From the NCBI GenBank assembly GCA_965198045.1, contig CBDAOL010000012.1, positions 346,105 through 410,104 of the forward strand: DNA of 64,000 bases, in the 5' to 3' direction. The notes beneath the pieces are model-generated. The model did no database searches, was not told the origin of the DNA, and saw only the letters and a program-made list of their open reading frames with translations. Shown in pieces: positions 10,603-17,465 of the stretch. Numbering within the stretch: position 1 is the first letter of the stretch; every line of letters begins with the position of its first letter. Made by a program: the position numbers and the translations under genes. The DNA is from Dehalococcoidia bacterium (lineage in GTDB: Bacteria; Chloroflexota; Dehalococcoidia; UBA2979).

Positions 10603-10882
10603 CAAGACGAAGCCGACCACAGGGTCGGTCACGGTCTTCACGCACCGCGTCGGCATCGACGGCAGGTTGATCAACGGCGAGCGCTTCTACGCCGGGGACA
10701 AAGTGCCAGCTGACGTCGATATCGAGCTGCTCCAAAAGATGCGGAACATCAAGTGGGTCCGAGACATCCCGCGTCGCAGTGGCAGCCGCCGTCCGAAGAG
10801 ATCGTGGCCGCGCGGCAGACGCGTCTCGACGACCGTGAGCGCCGTGCGTCGGAGGAGCTGGATCGGCTGCCCTCGCGGCTGA
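10595..10882 (+). CDS. Hypothetical protein, probably frameshifted/decayed after ~55 codons
   Basis: N-terminal MTSKTKPTTGSVTVFTHRVGIDGRLINGERFYAGDKVPADVDIELLQKMRNIKWVRD is protein-like, then the frame turns Arg-rich. Coiled-coil-like sequence continues in the other two frames up to the TAG at 11010..11012. Confidence 0.3.
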   Translation: MTSKTKPTTGSVTVFTHRVGIDGRLINGERFYAGDKVPADVDIELLQKMRNIKWVRDIPRRSGSRRPKRSWPRGRRVSTTVSAVRRRSWIGCPRG

Positions 10883-11030
10883 GCGCCAGAGTGACCCGTT
10901 GTGGCTGGCGGACCGACGCGTGGAGGAAGCCGAGCAACGCGTCCGCGACGCGGACCGTGATCGGCGGGCGGCTATCGGCGAACGAAACCGCGTGTCCGAG
11001 GAGCGAGCGTAGCGAGCGAACCGCCGGCTC

Positions 11031-11064
11031 GTATCACATGATACGCGTATATCATATGATACGC
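11031..11064. promoter_or_regulatory. Tandem operator-like palindromes GTATCACATGATACGC / GTATATCATATGATACGC in an AT-rich spacer upstream of the prim-pol genes
   Basis: gtatca-ca-tgatac (11031..11044) has perfect 6-bp inverted arms. The next unit (11047..11064) contains the perfect 12-bp palindrome tatcatatgata and the same GATACGC end. Confidence 0.5.
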
Positions 11065-11262
11065 TCTAGGAGAGCTTTTCTCCGACATCCTACCCGCCAA
11101 AATCGATTACGGGCTGATCCGTGTGAGTAGTTGCACGTTTTCTCTACCTCGTGCTACGGATCCCATGTGGAGACGGACCGGGTGCCTGCGCCACCCGGCG
11201 CCGTCCCCGCCCCGCGCATGGGGGGAGCACGAGGCTCGACCTGCGTACCAAAGGGAGAGCAA

Positions 11263-11823
11263 GTGCCCACGAACTACGACTTATCCGCAATCGAGCAAGA
11301 CTCACCGCCACGAGACGCAGCGCTTCTCTACGCGCGCCGAGGATGGTCCGTCGTCCCGGTGTGGCCTCACCGAGGCGGCGTGTGCACCTGTCCTCTTGAT
11401 GCGCGATGCACCTCCGCGGGCGCGCACCTGCATGAGCGGACGCCGACTATCGACTCGGCGACCAAGGATCTAGATGAGATTGCCTCTTGGCCTTCGGACG
11501 TGAACGTCGGCGTTGCCCTCGGGGAAGCGAACGATGGCCTCCGCGTTCTGATCCTCGACGAGCCTTTGAGTGAGATCGGCGTGTGCTTGGGCGCGGGCTT
11601 ACTGGTGGCGGCCGCGAGATGTGACGGTGCACTCGAACTCCACTACTACCAAATCGGCGCCGAGACACACCCGCACGATGAACACGGGTCGGTTGGTGAA
11701 CTTCTTGCTGACGGACGCTGGGTGCTTGCGCCTCCGTCTCCAGACGTCAGTGGCTGTCGCCACATGTGGGTCTCCAATGGCCCCTGGGCCGATCTCGAGG
11801 AGTCAAATGGCGCAGCCAACTGA
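11263..11823 (+). CDS. Truncated prim-pol (bifunctional DNA primase/polymerase N-terminal domain) paralog
   Basis: …PRDAALLYARRGWSVVPVWP…GVCTCPL…DVNVGVALGEANDGLRVLILDEPL aligns residue-for-residue with the N-terminal half of the downstream PrimPol. GTG start at 11263 with GGGAGAG RBS; an ATG at 11218 is an alternative. The track ORF from 11131 is over-extended. Lacks the second half of the domain; the KHP motif reads AHL and DD reads DE. Confidence 0.6.
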   Translation: MPTNYDLSAIEQDSPPRDAALLYARRGWSVVPVWPHRGGVCTCPLDARCTSAGAHLHERTPTIDSATKDLDEIASWPSDVNVGVALGEANDGLRVLILDEPLSEIGVCLGAGLLVAAARCDGALELHYYQIGAETHPHDEHGSVGELLADGRWVLAPPSPDVSGCRHMWVSNGPWADLEESNGAAN

Positions 11824-13759
11824 AGCGTACGAACCCGAGAGCGCGAACATGGGACTGCCGCTGCGACCGCGCGATGCGGCACGCTACTACGCGCGAAACG
11901 GATGGGCAGTCCTCGCCCTATGGCCCCCCGACGGGGACGGGTGCTCGTGTCGAATGGGCAAGAGTTGCCCCTCGCCAGGGAAGCACCCGCACGAGTACAC
12001 CCCCACCGTGTACGCGGCGACCTCCGACATCGACGAGATTGGAGCGTGGCCCGACGACGTGAACATCGGTGTCGCCCTCGGCGCGGCCAGCGGCGGGCTG
12101 ATGGCCATCAATGTTGACGATCCACCGCTCGCCGAGTCCCTGATTGCGTCGGGCGTCGCCGGAAACACTCCGCTTGAGCGGACTGGCAGGGGCTGTCACC
12201 TCTTCTTGCATACGACTGGCGACACGTCTGGCTTCAATCTGTCTGACAGGGACGGTAATCACATCGGTGAGGTCCGTGGCGATGGTCAGTACGTTGTGAC
12301 ATCGCCATCGCTGCATGTCAGCGGCGCCATCTACGAGTTCGTGGAGACGCCGACCCAGATGGTCTCGGTCGAAAACATGCGTGCCCTGGTGCCGAGGATG
12401 TTCGAGGAGCGACTGGGCGTTGTTCTCGCACCCGTGAGCGAACCTGTTCCGGCGGTGCCGGACGGCGTTGTTGTTACGCCAAAGCCGCTCCCCGCCGAGC
12501 TGATGGAGTCGGGCAAAGCTGATCTCAAGTTGCGCCAGCTCATGAGCGGCGCGATTCCATACACGCCGGACGATCGCAGCGACTTCCTCTACGAGGTGGC
12601 GATGCTTGCGGCCGAGGCATACGTGGCACACGGAATCGCCCTCGACGCCGAGGCGATTTCCGGACACGTCCTGTTCCTCCACGAGCTCCTCGGAATGGAT
12701 AAGTACACCGGGCGAAGCAAAGAGTTCTACCGGCTCGGTCTGAAGGCGGTAGCGAAGCATGGTCGGCCGCACAAGCCTGAGCCGGAGAACGACGACCAGG
12801 CCCATCCGCCTCGCCGCCAGGAGCCTCTCCTGATCGAGGAGCTGGCTGGCGATCTCGTCACCGAGCTACCGGAACCGATCCTCGACCCGTACGTCCAGCC
12901 GGACAGCGGCACGCTGCTGTTTGCGCCGCCGGACTCTGGCAAGACGTACGCCGCGCTGCTGATGGCGATCAGCATCGACGCCAGAGTCTGCACGTTCTGG
13001 AACGTCCAACAACGCAAGCTGATCTTCATCAACTTGGAGCGCTCGCGACTGTCCCTGTCTCGCCGCATCGCCCGAGTCAACCGCGCGCTTGGCCTGCCGC
13101 CGGAGCGGCCGCTGCTGGTCGTGAACGGGCGTGGCAAACGGCTGGCCGACATCGAGAACAAAATCGCGAGCGCGATTGACGAGTACGGCGTCGAGCTGGC
13201 CTTCCTCGACTCGGTCAGTCGTGCTGGTGTCGGGAGCCTGGTCGAAGACACGTCGGCCAACGACGTGATCGACATGCTGAATCGGCTCTGCCCGACCTGG
13301 TTCGCGATCGCGCACACGCCACGTGCCGACGACACACACGCCTACGGCTCGGTCATGCAGGATGCCGCTGCCGACGTGATGGTCCAGGTGGTCAGCGAGG
13401 AGCTGGCGGACGGCACGCGCGGCGTCGGCATGCAGATCACGAAGGCGAACGACATTCGCAAGCCACCGCTGGAGATCATCGCGCTCGAATTCGACGAGGT
13501 CGGGCTGACTACGGTCCGTCATGCCGACACGGCGGAGTTCCCGAACATCGGCAGGAAGAGCGGGAGCACCACGGCTGGCGAGCGGATTCGTGCAGCCCTG
13601 ATGCTGCGTGGACCAATGAACGTCAGCGACACAGCGAAGGCGGCCGGCGTCCACCGCCGCTCAGTCGGTCGCGCCCTGAAAGATGGCCTGATCGTCGCCG
13701 TCCCCACACCATCCGGCGGACGTGGCAGCTTCGTCGCTGCGGCTGCACCCCAACCGTGA
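11807..13759 (+). CDS. Replication protein: prim-pol domain + AAA_25-type P-loop (RepA/DnaB-like) + C-terminal HTH (RepPP-type)
   Basis: …DAARYYARNGWAVLALWP…GCSC…PGKHPH…VNIGVALGAASGGLMAINVDD…GCHLFLHT…IGEVRGDGQYVVTSPSLH is the prim-pol domain. …LLFAPPDSGKTYAALLMAIS… is a Walker A. C-terminal …SDTAKAAGVHRRSVGRALKDG is an HTH. ATG at 11807 with GAGGAG RBS; the annotated ORF from 11570 is an N-terminal over-extension overlapping the upstream gene. Confidence 0.85.
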   Translation: MAQPTEAYEPESANMGLPLRPRDAARYYARNGWAVLALWPPDGDGCSCRMGKSCPSPGKHPHEYTPTVYAATSDIDEIGAWPDDVNIGVALGAASGGLMAINVDDPPLAESLIASGVAGNTPLERTGRGCHLFLHTTGDTSGFNLSDRDGNHIGEVRGDGQYVVTSPSLHVSGAIYEFVETPTQMVSVENMRALVPRMFEERLGVVLAPVSEPVPAVPDGVVVTPKPLPAELMESGKADLKLRQLMSGAIPYTPDDRSDFLYEVAMLAAEAYVAHGIALDAEAISGHVLFLHELLGMDKYTGRSKEFYRLGLKAVAKHGRPHKPEPENDDQAHPPRRQEPLLIEELAGDLVTELPEPILDPYVQPDSGTLLFAPPDSGKTYAALLMAISIDARVCTFWNVQQRKLIFINLERSRLSLSRRIARVNRALGLPPERPLLVVNGRGKRLADIENKIASAIDEYGVELAFLDSVSRAGVGSLVEDTSANDVIDMLNRLCPTWFAIAHTPRADDTHAYGSVMQDAAADVMVQVVSEELADGTRGVGMQITKANDIRKPPLEIIALEFDEVGLTTVRHADTAEFPNIGRKSGSTTAGERIRAALMLRGPMNVSDTAKAAGVHRRSVGRALKDGLIVAVPTPSGGRGSFVAAAAPQP

Positions 13760-13799
13760 ATCACTCAACTGCGCGTAGTGCGCGCGCGCATGCGCATGG

Positions 13800-13826
13800 G
13801 GAGAAGTGCGAACTGCGCACTTCTCC
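13800..13826. promoter_or_regulatory. 11-bp perfect inverted repeat (GGAGAAGTGCG-aactg-CGCACTTCTCC) between the replication gene and the small-ORF/recombinase pair
   Basis: A perfect stem with a 5-nt loop and no downstream T-run, preceded by GC palindromes gcgcatgcgc. Position fits a protein-binding site or attP-arm-like element better than a terminator. Confidence 0.4.
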
Positions 13827-13865
13827 ATCCCTAAGCGCAGCGCACTTCGGTCGAGAGGAATCGAG

Positions 13866-14090
13866 ATGAGTGCAAAGCGCGGAAAACGACGACTTCCAGC
13901 GATCTACCCCGAGTCCGATCAGGAAGCGGAGCGTTTCTTGCGCGCGATCGTCGGCGATGACGTCTGGTCCGAGTATTGCGACTTCCAAGCGCGGCAGCGA
14001 GGGGAAGCCGAGTCGCTGGCTCAGCTACTCGCTGCTGTCTCGGCTCGCACTCGGACTAGCGATCACTTCCCAGACGAGATCGGGAGATGA
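13866..14090 (+). CDS. Small hypothetical protein translationally coupled to the serine recombinase (candidate excisionase/RDF or regulator)
   Basis: 74 aa, MSAKRGKRRLPAIYPESDQEAERFLRAIVGDD… with a GAGGAA RBS. Its TGA (14088..14090) overlaps the recombinase ATG (14087), giving an ATGA overlap. Confidence 0.4.
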   Translation: MSAKRGKRRLPAIYPESDQEAERFLRAIVGDDVWSEYCDFQARQRGEAESLAQLLAAVSARTRTSDHFPDEIGR

Positions 14091-15622
14091 AGGTGGCGCA
14101 GCAGCAGACCCGGCGCGCCGTTATCTACACGCGCGTCTCCAGCGAAGAGCAGGCACAAGGACACTCGCTCGAAACGCAACGCCGGGAACTCACGGCATGG
14201 GCCGAGCGCGAGAGCTGGGAGCTTGGGCGAGTCTACGAAGACGCGGGTGTGTCCGGCACAAGTGTGGCTGGGCGGCCTGCGTTCAGGGCAATGCTCTCCG
14301 ATGCGTACGACGGGCTCTTCGATGCCGTGCTTGTGCTTCGTCGCGATCGATTCGCGCGGAACATCGCGGAGGCGATGGCAACCGAGCAGTCGCTTCGGGA
14401 CACCGCCGAGGTGCGGGTTCTCTCGCACGACGAGCCAGCCGGGAATGACGACACACCGGACGGCTTCTGGAATCGGGGGATGTCTGACCTTCGGGCCGCT
14501 CACTACAGCGTTGAACTCTCGGAGAAGACGAGTGCTGGTTGGCGCACCCGCGCCGAAGAGGGCTTGCCGGCGGGTGACATTCCGTTCGCCTATCTGAGCA
14601 CCGGGCGGAAGTCCGCGCCGGCGGTCGTGGAGGAGGAGGCTGTCGCCCTACGCGCGATCTTCGAGCGCTACTCAGTGGGGAACGCATCGTTGAACCAGCT
14701 CGCCGACTGGCTCAATGAGCACGGTCACAAGCCGCGTTCGAAGCGCGGCTACACGACGTTCGGCGCGAAGTCCGTACGAGTCATGCTCTCGAATCGGTTC
14801 TACCTCGGCGACATCATGTACAAAGGCGAGCGGGTGGCCGAGGGGCAGCACGAGCCGATGATCGATGCCGATCTGTTCAACAAGGTTCAGGCCGTCCTGA
14901 AGCAGCGAGCACGGCGGCCACGATCATACGCAGCCAGCCCGCCGCGCGCGTACATACTTTCCGGCGTGGCGATCTGCGCGGGATGTGGCGGACCGCTGTG
15001 GGTGAACAGCACGAAGTCACAGCGCCATGCGTACTACCGGTGCAGCAGCCGGAGCCACGATGTCGGCTGCCCCGATCGCTTCGAGACGGTGCGCGGCGAT
15101 GTCGTCGAGGGCCAGGTTGCCGGACTATTCGAGGCGATGCGGCTGCCATCGCAGTGGCGCAGCCGAGTCGAAGAGCTGGCCGACTGCACCGACGACACAC
15201 GGACTGATCCAGCGACGCTCGAGGCACGGATCGAACGCGCTCGCGAGGGCTTCCTGTCCGGCGTGCTCGACGAGTCAACCGCTAAGGCAGCGGTCGTTGA
15301 CGCGGAGCGCGAGCTTGCCGCCATCCGACCAGCCGTCGCGGAGACAGTCAGTGCAGGCGAGTCGCTCGCCGATGTGCACGAGCTGTGGCCGCACATGACG
15401 GCGGAGGAGCGACGCGATCTGGTTCGGATGACGGTCGATGTGGTCGCCGTCGATCTCGGCTGCAACCAAGTGGTCGGCGTGCTGCCGAAAGACCACTTCG
15501 CGCCGCTGTTCAAGGTGATCTGTGATGAGGAAGGGGCCATCCGCGTGGCGGACTGGCCCCAATCTCATGAAGTTCGCGGATGGCGACCCCGAACGGATTC
15601 GAACCGTCGATCTCCACCGTGA
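14087..15622 (+). CDS. Large serine recombinase (phage-integrase type: resolvase domain + recombinase domain + zinc ribbon)
   Basis: N-terminal AVIYTRVSSEEQ catalytic-serine motif and …RRDRFARN…. Also a recombinase domain and a Cys cluster (CAGCGGPLW…YYRCSSRSHDVGCP). The last ~14 codons (…GWRPRTDSNRRSPP) are encoded by the 3' part of the tRNA-Asp gene on the opposite strand. Confidence 0.9.
   Translation: MKVAQQQTRRAVIYTRVSSEEQAQGHSLETQRRELTAWAERESWELGRVYEDAGVSGTSVAGRPAFRAMLSDAYDGLFDAVLVLRRDRFARNIAEAMATEQSLRDTAEVRVLSHDEPAGNDDTPDGFWNRGMSDLRAAHYSVELSEKTSAGWRTRAEEGLPAGDIPFAYLSTGRKSAPAVVEEEAVALRAIFERYSVGNASLNQLADWLNEHGHKPRSKRGYTTFGAKSVRVMLSNRFYLGDIMYKGERVAEGQHEPMIDADLFNKVQAVLKQRARRPRSYAASPPRAYILSGVAICAGCGGPLWVNSTKSQRHAYYRCSSRSHDVGCPDRFETVRGDVVEGQVAGLFEAMRLPSQWRSRVEELADCTDDTRTDPATLEARIERAREGFLSGVLDESTAKAAVVDAERELAAIRPAVAETVSAGESLADVHELWPHMTAEERRDLVRMTVDVVAVDLGCNQVVGVLPKDHFAPLFKVICDEEGAIRVADWPQSHEVRGWRPRTDSNRRSPP
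15581..15608. repeat. 28-bp direct repeat (attR-like core) inside the tRNA-Asp 3' end, identical to 4086..4113
   Basis: Perfect 28/28 identity with the upstream copy. Spans T-arm to CCA. Confidence 0.7.
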
Positions 15623-15657
15623 CAGGGTGGCGTGTTAGACCGCTACACTACGGGGCC
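15581..15657 (-). tRNA. tRNA-Asp (anticodon GTC), 77 nt including encoded CCA
   Basis: The reverse complement folds as a cloverleaf: acceptor GGCCCCG/CGGGGUC, D-stem GUGU/ACAC, anticodon stem CCACC/GGUGG with loop CUGUCAC (GUC), T-arm GACGG-UUCGAAU-CCGUU, discriminator G, CCA. Confidence 0.9.
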
Positions 15658-15789
15658 GCGTGCACCAGACACCGTACGAGGCGTCCTCAGCGTGGTCAAT
15701 CGCGCGGCCTTCCTCGTCTCTCTGCGTCGATCTACACTCGGAGCAGCTCGTGCTGCGCGGTGTCGCGCGGCGAGTAGAGGGGCGGAGCC

Positions 15790-16038
15790 ATGCCGAGTAG
15801 CAGTCGACGTCGGCAGCCGCGCCGGCGGCCGCCGCCGCGCCCCACTTACCGCGGCGCGCCCGTCGCGGAGGAGGTCGAGGAGCGACAGCCTTCCACCTCG
15901 GCACGCGCCTCGAGGCCGGCCGTGTACATCGCCCGGCAGACGCCCTACCTCTTCGGTGAGCTGCGGCGTGTGTTGCTGACGAGCGCGGCCTGCTTCGGCC
16001 TGCTCGTGCTGCTAATCGTCGTCGACCGGCTGCAGTAG
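15790..16038 (+). CDS. Hypothetical small membrane protein (basic N-terminus, single C-terminal TM)
   Basis: 82 aa. The C-terminal segment …FGELRRVLLTSAACFGLLVLLIVVD is TM-like. Low confidence because the region is GC-rich and ORFs are frequent. Confidence 0.3.
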   Translation: MPSSSRRRQPRRRPPPRPTYRGAPVAEEVEERQPSTSARASRPAVYIARQTPYLFGELRRVLLTSAACFGLLVLLIVVDRLQ

Positions 16039-16058
16039 TCGAACTCGCGGGCGCTGCG

Positions 16059-16571
16059 CTAGCGCAGTCGACCCCACGCCGCGACCGCGGTGATCGCCAC
16101 CAGGAACAGCCCCACGGTGTCGCGTAATACGTGCTCGATCGCGATGTCTGAGAAGACGATCCGGAGCGTACCGGCGGCTGCGACGCCTGCGACGGCGATC
16201 ACCTGCATGGTGACGCCGCGCTTGCCACTGGTCACTCTTCGGATCGACTCGGCGACGACCGCACCGGCGCCCGAGCCGGCCAGCAACGCGATGATCAGCG
16301 AGAAGAACCCGCCGGCCCGACTCTCCGGGATCACGATCGAACCGACGAAGCCGAGGGGAACGGCGAGGACTGCGACGACGGCGATTGCGAGCAGGATGTC
16401 ACGCGAGCCCAGCTCGTACATCGGCGGGCGGCGCATCTGGGCGCAGTCGGGGCAGCGGATGCCACCGGGTGTGTGGACGAGGCACTGCGGACAGATTGCG
16501 ACGCCGCAGCGGCCGCAGGTGAGAGCCGTCTCGGTGCCCGGATGGCGTTCGCAGTAGACGGGCGCGGTCAT
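16059..16571 (-). CDS. Zinc-ribbon domain membrane protein
   Basis: Real start is MTAPVYCERHPGTETALTCGRCGVAICPQC…CPDC (cat at 16569..16571, ATGA-overlapping the upstream PHP gene stop). Two CxxC pairs followed by 3 to 4 TM helices. The track ORF N-terminus to 17072 is Arg-rich junk. Confidence 0.6.
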   Translation of the reverse strand: MTAPVYCERHPGTETALTCGRCGVAICPQCLVHTPGGIRCPDCAQMRRPPMYELGSRDILLAIAVVAVLAVPLGFVGSIVIPESRAGGFFSLIIALLAGSGAGAVVAESIRRVTSGKRGVTMQVIAVAGVAAAGTLRIVFSDIAIEHVLRDTVGLFLVAITAVAAWGRLR

Positions 16572-17443
16572 GCCGAGGCCGGTTCCGGGATCGTACAGCC
16601 CCGGGCGGATGCCGCCTCCAGGAGTCGCTCGACGGCGTCGTCTGGGAACAGGATGTCGCCGGGCTCGTGCTCGTGTTCGCGATCGAGCCCGTGGAAATCG
16701 GACCCGCCCGATGCGATCAGGCCGTTCGCCTCGGCGGTCGTACGCAGTTCCTCGACGATCGCGGGGTCGTAGTGGCGGTAGTAGACCTCCATGCCGAAGA
16801 GCCCGGCCGCGACGAGCTCCGGGAGGTGTGTCTCGTAGTCCGTTGTGAACGGCGGGTGAGCCAGGACGGCGACCCCGCCGCCCTCGTGGATGAGCTCCAG
16901 CGCCTGCACCGGGAGGAGCCGTTCGCGCGCCACGTAGGCCGGGCTCGAAGTGTCGAGGTAGCGGTCGAAGGCCTCGTTGATGTCGTCGACGAAGCCCGCC
17001 TCGACGAGCGCCCGCGCGACGTGGGGCCGACCGATCGAGGCCTCGCCGGCGATCTCCTGCACGCGCTCCCACCGGATCGGCACGCCCAGCGCCTCGAGGG
17101 CGTTCACCATCTTCTCGCCCCGGGCCACGCGGGCTGCGCGCATGCGATCAAGTTCGTTCACGAAGCTGGAACGAGCGGAGTCGACGAAGAGCCCGAGCAG
17201 GTGCAGCTCGGTGCCCGGCAGATCGCACGACAGCTCGACGCCCGGCACGAGGCGAAAGCCCGGAATCGTTGCCGCGGCAGCGCGCGCCTCGTCGAGGCCG
17301 AGCAGCGTGTCGTGGTCGGTCAGCGCCAGGGTGCGCACGCCTCGGCCGGCGGCGAGCTGAACCACGTTGGTCGGGCTGCGCGTGCCGTCCGAGCGCGACG
17401 AGTGGCAGTGGAAGTCACCGATCGCGTGGCGGGGTTCGGTCAC
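16568..17443 (-). CDS. PHP-domain phosphoesterase (TrpH/YciV-like)
   Basis: N-terminal DFHCHSSRSDG…ALTDHDT and later histidine motifs (…SDFHG…) are typical of PHP-family metal-dependent phosphoesterases. Confidence 0.85.
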   Translation of the reverse strand: MTEPRHAIGDFHCHSSRSDGTRSPTNVVQLAAGRGVRTLALTDHDTLLGLDEARAAAATIPGFRLVPGVELSCDLPGTELHLLGLFVDSARSSFVNELDRMRAARVARGEKMVNALEALGVPIRWERVQEIAGEASIGRPHVARALVEAGFVDDINEAFDRYLDTSSPAYVARERLLPVQALELIHEGGGVAVLAHPPFTTDYETHLPELVAAGLFGMEVYYRHYDPAIVEELRTTAEANGLIASGGSDFHGLDREHEHEPGDILFPDDAVERLLEAASARGCTIPEPASA

Positions 17444-17465
17444 GCGCGGATCTCCTCGGCTGTAA

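Larger units (their letters stand above)
4086..15608. mobile_element. Putative ~11.5-kb integrated element (AICE-like, without a tra gene) inserted at the 3' end of tRNA-Asp
   Basis: 28-bp perfect direct repeats of the tRNA 3' end at both ends. A large serine recombinase lies adjacent to the intact tRNA. Also present: a prim-pol/AAA_25 replication protein, a resolvase-like gene, a DinB gene and small phage-like ORFs. The left part (NHL / DUF1501 / DUF1800) may be cargo or an older remnant. Confidence 0.55.

Noticed and set aside
11570-11806. First 79 codons of the 729-aa track ORF (MRSACAWARAYWW…).
   Set aside because: This part overlaps the upstream prim-pol paralog in another frame and is Arg/Trp-rich junk. 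The ATG at 11807 has a GAGGAG RBS, and its N-terminus aligns with the paralog's N-terminus.
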